Shown here: positions 1 to 16,130 of the stretch, piece by piece | Layout of the letters: the number at the start of each line of letters is the position of its first letter | How positions within the stretch are numbered: position 1 is the first letter of the stretch | Source of the DNA: the human T2T-CHM13v2.0 reference genome, Homo sapiens | Assembly (NCBI RefSeq): GCF_009914755.1 | Contig: NC_060929.1 | DNA: 64,000 nucleotides | Reading direction: 5' to 3' (one strand) | Notes under the pieces: model-generated | Databases searched by the model: none | Told to the model about the DNA's origin: nothing | What the model saw: only the letters and a program-made list of their open reading frames with translations | Position numbers and translations under genes: made by a program

Positions 1-316
1 CCTCAGCATCCTGAGTAGCTGGGACTACAGGCATGCACCACCATGCCTGGCTAATTTTTGTATTTACCCCAACATGAGGTCTCACTATGTTGCCCAGGCT
101 GGTCTCGAACTCCTGAACTCAAACAATCTGCCCACCTCGACCTCCCAAACTGCTGGGATTACAGGCGTAAGCCACCAAACCTGGCCAATTCTAGTACTTT
201 TAAAAAGTAAACTAAATGTGTTTCTTGTTTTTCTCCTAATTGACAATTCTTACAATTACCAATTGTAAATAAAAAGGTGATACATTCTTACAACAAATTA
301 TCACCTTTTTGTATAG

Positions 317-637
<321 letters not shown>

Positions 638-2851
638 TTTGTACAGAATTTTTAAGAAGGTGGCAGCAAAATACCTTCTGGACACCTAAATGCTGGATGC
701 TGCAGTCAACATGGCAGGAATGTCCTAACAGTGGAACTGCAGCAGATGCACTTGTCAGCAGCCGTCCATCATTGTTTGTCTGCTGAACTTAGTTACTGTG
801 TATCTCAAATGGATTTTGATTATTTTTTACATCCTTAGAACGCAAATATATCTGTTGGATGTTCTCCATGACATAATAAAAAGCATCTTAAGAGTAAGTT
901 TAAATGACGGCTAATACAAATCACTTTGCATGAAAAGTCAATTTCAAAAATAATAATTTCTATTATAAATGATGCAACAGATACTTCATGCAAGATGCTA
1001 CAGATCTAAATAACTGAAAATTAGAGCTTGGTCCTCATACAAAGTTGGTGTCACAGTGCAATATAAGTGTTAATTGTTTATCCACATCACTCTTCGTTCC
1101 ACAAAGGAATTACAGTACTGAGTACAACTCTTCCCGAGGCTCTCTGTTCTCTTGGCTCCTATCCATCAAGTTTTCCTCCCACCTCTCTAACTATTCTTTC
1201 TCACTTTCCACTGCTAGACCCTCGCCAAGGTCTGTCCCAGGCCCTCTTTTCTCAGTGGACAGTATCATCCACTCCCCTGCCTTCGACTACCACCTGTGTA
1301 CATCACAATCTAAATCTAAATCTCCCTCTTGAGCTTTTCTGTTTAATATTCACCTGCCTGCTTGACATTTCTCCATGAATACTGAGCAGTCCAAACTTAT
1401 TAGCTTCCTCTCACATGTGACGTCTTTCCAGTGTAGAGTTCTGGCTAACAGCATCATCTACTGAAACACAAAGGACGAAAATTCCTGTTGGAAACCAAGT
1501 GGCCATATGGAGACTCAACTTCCCACTGCTGCTGCCACACATAGGGACACAAGGACACCACCCTTGATCCAGAGCAGCGCCTGAAGGCACTACTAACTCT
1601 TGGGCAGAAAAGAATGTGGGAGCAAGCTTGTTTTATTTCATCACTTCTTTCTTCTAGTATGAGTATTTCCAGTACTAATGACTCGATGCAATGACAGTAA
1701 TGACAAAGACTGGGCTATCTTGACCATAATTTAAAATGTAATGACAGGCCAGGAGCCATGCAGCTCACACTAACAGGGAAGAAGCCATCTGTCCAGCAAC
1801 CAAAGGACTTTAAGCTAAATTGGTGAGGAGGGAGGGAGGAAGAGAATACAAGGGAAATCATAAAATCAGTCCCTACGGAGGATTACAGAAAAAGAAAGAC
1901 TGAGAGAGATTGCTCACCTGAGAAAATAAGAGGTTTAAAGTGTTCTTAATCTGAGACGTCCATAAACCAATAAATACAAGTAATAAGAAAAAACCTTAAA
2001 GTTCACCTTAAATATAGAAAATAATCAGTGACACTTGTTGAGGCAGGTCTCAAGATTGGCCTATAATGATGGAAAGCACACTATTATTCAGAGGGAAAAA
2101 AAGGATTTTATGTCAAGATAATGTACATCCTTCAAGGAATCCCAAGTAAACAGAAGCACTCAAGAACACCTCTGAGAGGCAGAAAGCTAAATTAGACTTC
2201 GATGCGGGAGCATGCCGAGGTCAACTGGCCAAATGGAGTAAAGATAAAGGTTTTTAACAGATCTCAAAACTGGCAGACAGGATAGGGCATGGACAGGGAT
2301 TGCAACCACCTAGAGCTGCAGAAGAGATCTCACCCCTCCGCTTCCATTCACTTTGCCTCCCACAGGACAGTGGCCAGGCATATCCCGGTGAACAGCTGCC
2401 CGAACCCAATGCAGGCCCCGAACAGAAGTGACAAGTCACATGGAAGAAAGCAACGTATCATTTCAGAGTTTACAAAATCCTGGGCAAACAAAGCTCAGTA
2501 ACAAATCATCTTGATGAGAAAGAAAATGACACATTTTATGAAGAAAGCAGCAAGAACACACAAGACAAATTAAGCTTTAAGGAGGACTCAAACAAAACCT
2601 GAAAAGGCAAACACAAGATGATGGTACAGGCTTACACAGCTTTTCTTTAAAAAGCCCAGAAAGTTGAAGGTTGCCAGTAATGATAGGAACAAGCAAAGCT
2701 ACTTCTCACAAAAGTTTTATTATTTTTTTAAGTATATTCAGAGCAAGAAGAGTTGGAAAGAAATAGGTTTACTGCCCAGGGCCAACTAAATGATGGATGG
2801 AAACATTTCTCAAGACTTTTTTGCTTTTGCTTTCTCTACCACAGAGAATAA

Positions 2852-3212
<361 letters not shown>

Positions 3213-4159
3213 AGCAAATACATTCTTAGAATAGGTTTCTCTGTTACCTATTTTTACTTCATTTCAGTAGAACAGCTGTTTATATCTTATGCATTCATGC
3301 TGGTTTCTTCAATTAATCACTCATATTGTTTCTTGAGATGATTTGTAACGACCCAGCTTTCTTTGTCCTAGGATTTGCAAACTTAAAAAATGATACAATC
3401 ACTTTCTTCCCAATTTCTAGGCACTTTGCATTATATCACCAAATGCAAAGAATTCCTTCCACCCCGTGGCATGTCACCCTCCAGGCCAGGGTCAGATGCA
3501 GATGCCCACTTAGCTTTTGAGACAATGCACATTCCTTTCGCATCCTCCCTCTCCCTCTAACTTCTCCGATATCCAGTTGTCCCCGCACCCTTTACTGAAA
3601 AGACTATTCTTTCCCTCTATTGAATTGTCTGGGCACCCTTCTCAAAAATCAAGTGACAAAAGGGTTTCTTTCTGGTTCTCAGTTCTACTCCACTGATCTA
3701 CCATGTCTCTATCAGTACCACACTGTCTTGTAGTAAGTTTTCAAATTGAGAAATGTGAATTCTCTTAATTTTATTATTTGTTTTCAAGATTGTTTTGACT
3801 ACTGTGAGTCCCTTTTACTTCCATATGAAGTTCTGGTATTTTCACAGGATGGTCTGAATGTGTAGGTCAATTTGGAGGGCACAGGTATCTTAACAAAACA
3901 AGTCTTTGGACCTATGAACATGAAAAGTCTGTTTATTTACATCTTTAATTCCTTGCAACAGTGCTTTGCAGTTTTCAGTGCCAATATTACTTTAAATGAT
4001 ATTGTGAAATTTTTATTTTCTAATTGTTTGTTACTGGCATATAGAACTACAACTGACTTAATTTTTGTTTTATTGATCTTTTATCTATGGGTGTTCCTAA
4101 ATGTATTTGAGTTTTTAAAAAATTACTCTGCTGGTTATTGGTAACAAGAAATAAATTTT

Positions 4160-4371
4160 GGCCAGGAGTGGTGGCTCACACCTGTAATCCCAGCACTTTG
4201 GGTGGCCAAGGCGGGCAGATCTCATGAGGCCAGGAATTTGAGGCCAACATGGTGAAAACCCATCTCTACTAAAAATACAAAAATTAGCCAGGCCCTGAGA
4301 TCGAGCCACTATACTCCAGCCTGGGCAACAGAGTGAGGTTCTGTCTCAAAAAAAAAAAAAAAAAAAAAAAA
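4160..4371 (+). mobile_element. Alu with an internal deletion in the right arm
   Basis: aattagccaggcc is joined directly to ctgagatcgagccact. Confidence 0.85.
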
Positions 4372-4522
4372 CAGCAAACAAACAAAAAATGCAATTTTTT
4401 TTTTCTTTGAGAAGGAGTCACTCTGAGCCACCATGCCCAGCTAGAAGTAAGTTAAGTTTTACTGGCATTTAATTAAGGATTAACACTGGCTGCTTTCCTC
4501 AACCTGAATGTCAGATGACTTC

Positions 4523-4596
4523 TGTGTGTGTGTGTGTGTGCGTGTGTGTGTGTGTGTGCACGCGCGCACGCGTATGTGTCTGTGTGTCTGTCTGTC
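4523..4596. repeat. (TG)n/(CG)n microsatellite
   Basis: tgtgtg...cgtgtg...gcacgcgcgcacgcgtatgtgt. Confidence 0.9.
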
Positions 4597-4894
4597 TCAT
4601 GTGGTATACCAGTTGTCCTAAATAAAGAGAGGGATTTCTGAAATGCAACAGGGATGGTAGTGACTCTCTCATTCATCCGTTTGTTTTCAGATAATACTGC
4701 CAACAGTATAATAGCCATACACTACTCAGTTACAGGATTTACAGACGAAATGATCCACTTTTTACTAAATTGTCCCTCATCAAATGGACAAATGCCTTTT
4801 TTTAAAAACCCCAGCAAAAATAAACTGGTAGAGCTGATACTTCTCTCTTTTTAGCTACTATAAAGGGTTAAAAAACAACCATCACCATTACAAC

Positions 4895-5205
4895 TGGTGC
4901 GTGGCTCACGGCTGTAATCCTCTCACTTTGGGAGGCTGAGGTGGGTGGATCATCTGAGGTCAGGAGTTCAAGACCACCCTGGCCAACAGGGTGAAACCCT
5001 GTCTCTACTAAAAATACAAAAATTAGCCAGGCATGGTGGTGGGCACCTTTAATCCCAGCTACTCGGGAGGCTGAGGCAGGAGAATTGCTTGAACCCGGGA
5101 GGCAGAGGTTGCAGTGAGCTGAGATGGTGTCACCGTACTCTGGCCTGGGCGACAGAGCGAAACTGGGTCTTAAAAAAAAACAAAAACAAAAACAAAAAAA
5201 CAAAC
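4895..5205 (+). mobile_element. Alu (AluS-like)
   Basis: Alu consensus; flanking AACCATCACCA repeat. Confidence 0.9.
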
Positions 5206-6028
5206 AAACCATCACCACCAATCAGATTTGGAAAAGAAAGTCAAAAAACTAGAAAATATCATGAAGACTATCAGAAATATAGATTTATTCCCGCTGTTAC
5301 TCTTAGCCTAAGTGTTGAGCCTTAAGATAGTATCTGTGGGGAAAAAAAAAAAACCCTAATAGTGTATGTATGACATTTATGAGTTTAATGCATACCCTGG
5401 GGCTACATGTGGATGTGCAACAGAGAAAGTCTGTGTCCTGTTACTATAGAGAATGGGCTAGAAGGGAGCCACAGACCAGAGGAGGCTGCAACAGGTGTGG
5501 AGAGAAACAGACCACATTTTAGAGATATTTAGGAGTTTGGATCAATAGGACCCAGTAATTACTTAGATATGGGAGTGGGGGGTCTAAAGAGGGAAATGCC
5601 TCAGTTTCTGGCAAAACACACTGGGCAGAGGTGGTGTTACCGACAGACAGCAAACACTAGAGGAGGAAAAGATTAGGAAAGATGAACCATGTTGGACACG
5701 TTGGGCTTGAAAGAAGACTCAGAGAAAGAAGACAATTCTTCCTCTCTTAAGAGTGTCTTATGGACACTCAAATGTATTCCCAATAAAATGTGTATATATG
5801 TGTACAAAAGACACATACAATGCTCATGACTGGACTGCATTGTTCTTAACCACCAAAAAGCAGGAAACCCACAGGCCCATGGACAGCAGAATGCATAACT
5901 ACCACATATTCATAAAGCAGATCACCGACAAAACCACTGCTACATGCAGTAACATGAATTCATCTCACTAACATGATGTGAGCAAAAGAAACTAGTCACA
6001 AGAAGGCATACCGTGATTCCATGTATAT

Positions 6029-7170
<1,142 letters not shown>

Positions 7171-7634
7171 ACACATAAGTTAAGGAACAGGTATAAACTA
7201 CGGTGTCAAAGCGAGGACAGAAGTTACTGCTGGGGAGCGAGGAGGGAAGGAGCCGTGACTGGAAGGGACCTGAGGTGGTCTGCAAAGCTGGCCACACTCA
7301 ACTTCTCCACTAGGTTCATGGCTACATCAGTGTGTTCATTCTGTGGGAAGTCATCAGGCTGCAGACTTACGGTTGTGTATTTTTCAGTGTATGTTACAGC
7401 TAGTAAAAATGTGTGCTAATTTTTAAAAATCTGGTCACTTTATTCCCCAGGTTAAAATTCTTCAACAGTATTTTAACACATGCTACAACACAGATGAACC
7501 TGAGGACATATGCTAAGTGAAATAATCCAGTTACAAATTATGAGGAACTAACCTAGTCGAATTCATAGAGACAGAAAGTAGAGTGGTGTTCGCAGGGGCT
7601 GCGGCAGAGGGGGTAATGGAGTCTTGTCATTTAA

Positions 7635-7948
<314 letters not shown>

Positions 7949-8904
7949 GTATAATGGGTATAGAGTTTCCATTTTGCAAGACAAAGAGTTCTGTAGATGG
8001 GTCGCACAACAGTGGAAATGTACTTACCATGACTTAACAGTTAGATGGTCAATTTATACGTTATTTTACCACAATTAAAAAATCTTAAAACACCAACAAA
8101 AATCCCTCCAATAGTTTTCCATTCCTCTTATATAAAGTCCAAAATCCTAACAAGGCCTGGAAAACACTGACTTTTTCAACTCTACTGTGCCCCACTCTCC
8201 CCCTTACTCTCTAACTCCTTTCAAATTCCACAAGTACATCACACTTTTTGCACCTTTTAGTCTTCGTGTATATTTCCTTGGACTGAAACATCCTCCTTTC
8301 TGCCCCCTCTCAGTGTAATATCTGCTCATGCTGCCGTCTCAGCTGAAACATCATTTCTTCAGGGACGCCTTGACCACCCTAGACTGAGTCTCTTCTGCCA
8401 TTTATGCTCTCAGCATCCCGATGCTTTCCCAAGACTATGATTAAATAATCGTGTTATGACCTGTGTAACGGTCTGCTTTCCCCAGATAGGACACAAGAGC
8501 TGACTCCTTTTACTTCCCCCCACCAGACAGCAACAGCATGCAGGAACTTCCTGTCCTGTCTGGAACTCAGTAGGTGCTTAATAATTATTTGATGAATGAA
8601 TACTTGAGGCAGCTGTCCCACAGGAATTTAGGATTTTTCTGATCCAGATGAATTAGTCTGCTGATAACATGCAAATGAGAAGGTGCATCACTGACCTTTA
8701 AGGAGTCATAGAAAAGAAATGTTGGAAAACCAACCCGTGTACAGAGCACTGATACGAAACAATGAAGGTGAGCCGTGAAAACAACTGACCCATTAGGGTC
8801 CTGCTAAGCCTTAGAAAAATTTCACAAATGATTACTGAAGGAATAATCTGCAGACAGTGTGAAGAGAAAGCTGTAATGGTGGGGTGCCAGCACAGGCCTG
8901 CTAC

Positions 8905-9386
8905 GTGAGAGAGGCAGAACGACGGCTCCCTCAAAGACGTCCATCTCCCAATCCCCAGGACCTGTCAGTGAATACATCAGGTTACAGAGCAAGGGGGAAC
9001 TAGGTTGCAGATGAAACAAGGTTGATCATCGGCTGACTTTACAATAAAGAGATTCTCCTGGACTGTCTGGGTGGGCCCAATGTAATCACAAGTGTCTTTT
9101 AAATGTGGGTGACAGACGGAGAAAGTCAAAGTCAGAGACTTGAAGATGGGGGAAGGGGCCATGGGCCAGGGAACACAGGCAGCTTCTACAAGCTGAAAAA
9201 GGCAAGGAAATGATTCCCCCTGAGAGCTCCAAAGCCACGCAGTCTTGCCAACACCTTGGTCTCACTGAGGCCAGTAAAACTCATTTCAGAATTCTGACCC
9301 CCAGAACTGTAAGAGGAGTAAATTGGTGTTGCTGTGAGCCACCTTGTTTTTGGTGATTTGTTACTGCGGCAATAAGAAACTAACAC
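8905..9386 (+). mobile_element. MLT1-type MaLR LTR
   Basis: gggcccaatgtaatcacaag, ttctgacccccagaactgtaag and gaaactaacaca motifs. Confidence 0.7.
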
Positions 9387-9886
9387 ACCAAGGCTAAGCC
9401 ATGAAAGATTCACTTCTTTTCCTTCCGTGCAGTGGCTCCTGGCCTAGCCAATCAGGAACAAAGTACATAGAGTATCCTTGTTTTTTCCAGCAAAGCATCT
9501 GATTATGTCTTTTATGGTATCATAAGCTGAAGAAACACATGCTAAATGCAAAGTCAATAAAGTGAGTTAGAACTCTGTGAAACGGCCATCCTTGAAGAGT
9601 GCTGATTAATGGAATAACGCCCAGCAGCCTAGATTTTTACCAACACACCGCGAGGGCCTGTCCGTTCACTTGCCAGCACTTCCACCCTAACTTAGCGCAG
9701 GGATTCTTAACTTGGGGCTTCAAGAGGCAACTGGCCTCCTAACCTTATTAAAAGTTCTGTGTATCTCTACATAAATACGTAGTCTTCTGGAGAAAGGTAC
9801 ACCGCTTTCATCACTTATCAAAGGGGATCTATAAAGCAAAAGGCTAAGAACCACTAACCTAGATGAAGATACAGAAAGCTATGTTC

Positions 9887-10155
9887 GGCCGGGCGCCTGT
9901 AATCCCAGCACTTTGGGAGGCCGAGGTGGGCGGATCACGAGGTCGGGCGATCGAGACCATCCTGGCTAACACGGTGAAACCCCGTCTCTACTAAAAATAC
10001 AAAAAATTAGCTGGGCGAGGTGGTGGGCGCCTGTAGTCCCAGCTACGCGGGAGGCTGAGGCAGGAGAATGGCGTGAACCCCGGGGGGGCGGAGCCTGCAG
10101 TGAGCCAAGATTGTCCCACTGCACTCCAGCCTGGGCGACAGCGAGACTCCGTCTC

Positions 10156-10182
<27 letters not shown>
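9887..10182 (+). mobile_element. Alu (AluY-like)
   Basis: Long pure A tail; TSD AAAGCTATGTTC; short deletion near the 5' end. Confidence 0.92.
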
Positions 10183-10186
<4 letters not shown>

Positions 10187-10486
10187 TGTTCATGCATTCA
10201 CTAGTGACACAAGCTGCTAGAAAGAGTAAAGACTGTGGGTGACGCATCAGGATTCAGCAAGTATCCTGAAAGGCTGAATGAAATGGCTGATGGCTTAGGA
10301 GCAGCCTCGGTGGAAAACACTGGAAGTTTAATCAACAGTGGGCTCAGGATGGTCTTTTGGAAAAAACCACAACAACTGACGTGACTTCAGGCACATCCAG
10401 AAGGATGAAGAAAGTATAGCTCGACTCTCTCCTGTGCTGGCAAAGCTAACCCTGCATGCCTGTGTTCAACGCTGGGATTCTCTTTG

Positions 10487-11605
<1,119 letters not shown>

Positions 11606-14565
11606 CCTACTACACCCTTTAAGTGGAATATTAATAGACAAATGCATTCTGAGGTTTAAGATACCATATTCCCAAGAATGGTCAAAATAAATAGGGATAT
11701 GAAGCCTAAAGGTTAGAGGACTTGAATCAGACAAGGAAAGTGTCTATAAATACCTGAACCATTTTTTTCCAGATGAAAAAGACTTTCTAACATTGGGTTT
11801 GCCAGAGATGAATGTGGTAGACTTCTGTCACATTTGTTCAATCTTAACCTGTACAAGTATCTGACTGGAATGCTGAAGCCTCAGATGGGGGACTTGACTT
11901 GTTGACTACTAATGGCCATTACATTCTAAGATTCTCAATCTGTCCCGTTAACTGGCCATTTTACAGAACCCAAGAATTTTTGTAAAGTTCCACTAATATA
12001 GCAAACACTGTGGGATGCCAACCAGAGGGCACACACTGTAAAGAAGACATAGAAGCCCTGGGAACTGAAAGAATATCAGAATGGTTTCAGAAGGTGAGTA
12101 AGGGTGAAATGACCTGGGGGTGGGGAGGAGGAAGGGGCTGGAGCTAGACCAGGTAGTGAACACCTCATACTGCACAGAGACTTCTGATGTCCGTTCTAAG
12201 GATGATGACGAGCCACTGCAGGGGTTTAAGCAAGCAGTAACATGACTGGGTGAACCTTTAAGATTATTTTGGCTACTATAGAAGAAAAGATTGAAAGAAG
12301 TTAAGAAAAAAGGCAGAGAGACCAAGAAAAAGAGAGTAGGAAATGATAGTTGCCTGAACTAAGGCGGCAGCCGTGAAAATGTCAAACAACAGATACGTAC
12401 GATCCATTCTAGAGGTAAATCATGAAGGATGGATTAGATGTGGAATGTGAGCCAAAGAAGCAAGGATGGTCCTAATTTGTGTAAATAACAAGGGTGGATG
12501 GCGATGTCATTTATTGAGATGGGAAAGACTGGAGAGCAGTGGTAGCAGATAGGGAGGTGAAAAAATGAATCAAAGCTCCATCTGGAGCTTATCAATTTGG
12601 AGATGTCTTTGTGACACTGAAGTAAAGATACCAATAGGAAGCCAAGCGCATGAACCTAGAGAGGCCTAGGCTAAAAATCAAGATACGGGAGGAGGTAACA
12701 GGAGGTACGTGGAGAGAAAACAATTCCTGTCTCAGTGTTGTCTTATTTCATTACAAGAAAATATTTTTGGATTACTGGACACTGTTAAGTGCCCATTTGG
12801 TTTTTCTTAACATGTCTGATCTCAAACCTAAGACTTTTCCCAGCAACACTCAGCTGTTGAGCTGTAGGAAGCATGAGAAAGACCAACGGTACATGGTTCA
12901 TCCACAATGGAAATTTTGTGTTTACAAAAGACTTCTGTAAATACAAAATTATTTTTGGAAGACAGAGGAAAAAGAGGTGATTTCATGGAATTACATCAAA
13001 AAAGAAGAGAAGTGAGAAGCCAGGAGGGGGCTGAAAGATAACTCATTCTACCCAATGGGGACAAAGGACACAATCACACTGTGCCCAATTCCATTACCGC
13101 TGAGAGCCTGCCACAGTGGACTGGGGAAGGAGGGAAGTGCCAGAGAAAATGGAAACACTATGAGCTAGGCAACGTAGGACCTATTATAATAAATTATTTT
13201 ATGTCCATGGATTTAAGCCTATTTATGGAATAAAATCAATTTAACAGTAGCTTTCCCTGATTTCAGAGTCTCCTGAAATACTGTTTAGTTTGTGCACAAT
13301 CTCAAATTCCACAGCATGTCACTGGAGTTGGAGAAGATGCTGGGAAAATAATGAGCTTCTCAAATGAGAAAAAATAAAAATAGGGAGCAGATTCATTTGC
13401 AGCAAGCAAAGGGAAAAGAGTGGGAATCTTAACTGCATGCATCTATGAAAAAAGCAAATTCATTCAATGGCTTGCAATGACACACACCTGCCCCAGTCAC
13501 CCTACCTGCCCATAGTCCCCAGAGGCAACCACTTCCAACAGTTTTTAGTTCTTCTGGTGGTCTATTCCACCGTTCCAAACAGGTCTCTAGCCATCATTTC
13601 TTGGTTTGCCAACTTTGGAAATTGTGTGCAGATATATGATGTCACTAATTAGGATTGTGTGTTCACTTACTCTTCATCTCCCCTTCTTCCCAATTTTATT
13701 GTTATGTTCATTTTCCTCTGTTTTTAAACCTTTCTAGCTTCGCAACTAGAAACTATCTCTTGAATCCCCATCCTGTGAGATGAATACACTGACTCCCTCG
13801 CCCTCCCTAACTTTTCTCTCTTCCATTTCTCCACCTTTGTCATCTGTGTTTGTAGAGTCTCAAGCTTTCTGCTCTGTAACTAGAATTAAGTCTTCCATGC
13901 TTTAACTACAGATTAGTTCTAAGCAGTGAAAACCACAAAACCAGTAAGAGCATTAATATCATCAGCATATAAATATTACACTAAAAGCCAAGTCCTGAAC
14001 TAGGATTCCACTTACTTCTCTAGGATTCACAAACTGCTCAAAATTATGACATATTTTAGCTTGCTTCATATTTGGACCAAGTTGTCTTGGTCCTAGAGTG
14101 CCTCTTTTCTTACTAGAGAAAAAACACGCCTTTTTCAACATTTTCCTAGTATCCTCCAGTTCCTTAATAATCCTAACCAATGCTTGGAATTCATTTTGTT
14201 CTTGGAGCTACAGAATGAATTTAAAAAAAAAAAAAATCTTGCAAAGACCTACTCGTTCCTGGTTGTCCCCTTCAGAAGGTACAACTTTTCCCCCTGTCCT
14301 TTCATGGAAAATTTTCCCCTTTCATAGTAAAAATTAACAATAATTTTTAAGAGAAATGTCACCCATTATCTAATCGATATAACACAACCATTTTTATGTC
14401 TGCATCCTATCTGGAGTCCTCACCCACTGTAAATAAATTTAACACAATCGTAGTTCACAATGTTCCCGTTTTATGGCTGTGTAACACTCCACTGAGTGGA
14501 TATATCATAATTTATTAAACCCACTTGGGAAGCTGTACAAAGAAGTGGTTAAAGTACAGGCACTA

Positions 14566-14862
14566 GGCCGGTCACGGTGGCTCACACTTGTAATCCCAGC
14601 ACTTTGGGAGGCCGAGACAGGCGGATCATGAGGTCAGGAGATCGAGACCATCCTGGCTAACATGGTGAAACCCCGTCTCTACTAAAACTACAAAAAATTA
14701 GCTGGGTGTGGTGGTGGGCACCTGTAATCCCAGCTACTCAGGAGGCTGAAGCAGGAGAATTGCTTGAACCCAGGAGACAGAGGTTGCAGTGTGCCAAGAT
14801 CATGCCACTGCATTCTAGCCTGGGCGACAGAGTGAGACTCTGTCTCAAAAAAAAAAAAAAAA
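14566..14862 (+). mobile_element. Alu
   Basis: Alu consensus with A tail. Confidence 0.9.
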
Positions 14863-15175
14863 CTATGTAAAGAAAGAGTTCACAAACACAGAAAAAAAGT
14901 TTCCTTCCTTTATAGTTTCTCTCTTTTTTTAATTAAACTTTCATTACCTTGCTTAAGCAGGTATCTTATTCACAACTGCCTCGGAATAACTTTCAATTAT
15001 TGTCCAAATTCAAATCTATCAAGAAAAGATAAAAATTTTACATATTGCAGACTTTATAAAATTATTCAATCAAAAAGGTAATATCACAAACATTAAACAG
15101 TGTCATCCTAATAATGTTTAATGTTTTCACTGCTGCATAATATGTGCATATATGTGTACACATACACACGCCCTC

Positions 15176-15531
15176 TGATATGGTTTGGCTCTGTGTCCCC
15201 ACCCAAATCTCATTTTGAATTGTACTCCCATAATTTCCACATGCTGTGGGAGGGACCCAGTGGGAGATAACTGGAATCATGGAGGCGGTTTCCCCCATAC
15301 TATTCTCGTGATAGTGAATAAGTCTCACCAGATCTGATGGTTTTTATCAGGGGTTTCCACTTTTGCATCTTCCTAATTTTCTCTTGCTGCCGCCATGTAA
15401 GAAGTACCTTCTGCCACCCACCATGATTCTGAGGCCTCCTCAGCCATGTGAAACTGTATATCCAATTAAGCCTCTTTTTCTTCCCAGTCTCAGGTATGTC
15501 TTTATCAGCAGCATGAAAACAGACTAATATA
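15176..15531 (+). mobile_element. THE1/MST-type MaLR solo LTR
   Basis: Begins tgatatggtttggctctgtgtccccacccaaatctcat, ends gactaatata; approximate TSD CCCTC/CCTTC. Confidence 0.85.
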
Positions 15532-15629
15532 CCTTCCCAATATGACTAATATACTCCCCAACATGAGGGACAAGAACAACACTGTCCCTCATGGGTATAG
15601 TCTAGCAAGTTTGTTTAAAAAGATTTGTC

Positions 15630-16130
15630 TTAGCCTGGGCAATACAGCGAGACCCTGTCTCTATAAAAAATCTATAAAATTAGCCAGGTATCGGGCAGAT
15701 CACCTGAGGTTGGGAGTTCGAGACGAGCCTGATGAACATGGAGAAACCCCATCTCTACTAAAAATACAAAAAATTAGCCGTGCTTGGTGGCACATGCCTG
15801 TAATCCCAGCTACTAGGGAGGCTGAGGCAGGAAGGCGGAACCCGGGAGGTGGAGGTTGCGGTGAGCCGAGATCGCGCCATTGCACTCCGCCTGGGCAACA
15901 AGAGCGAAACTCTGTCTCAAAAAAATAAAATACAATAAAAATAAAAATAAAAATAAAAAAATTAGCCAGGTATAATGGCATGCACCTGCAGTCTCAGCTA
16001 CTGGGGAGACTGAGGCAGGAGGATCAATCACTCAACTCCCCGAGGTCAAGGCTACAGTGAGCTATGACCACACCACTGCATTCCAGCCCGGGCAACAGAG
16101 CAAGACCCTGTCCTTAAAATAAAATAAAAG
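15630..16130 (+). mobile_element. Nested Alus: 5'-truncated AluSp-like copy inside an older AluJ-like copy
   Basis: TSD AAAATTAGCCAGGTAT flanks the inner element (~15691-15960). Confidence 0.85.
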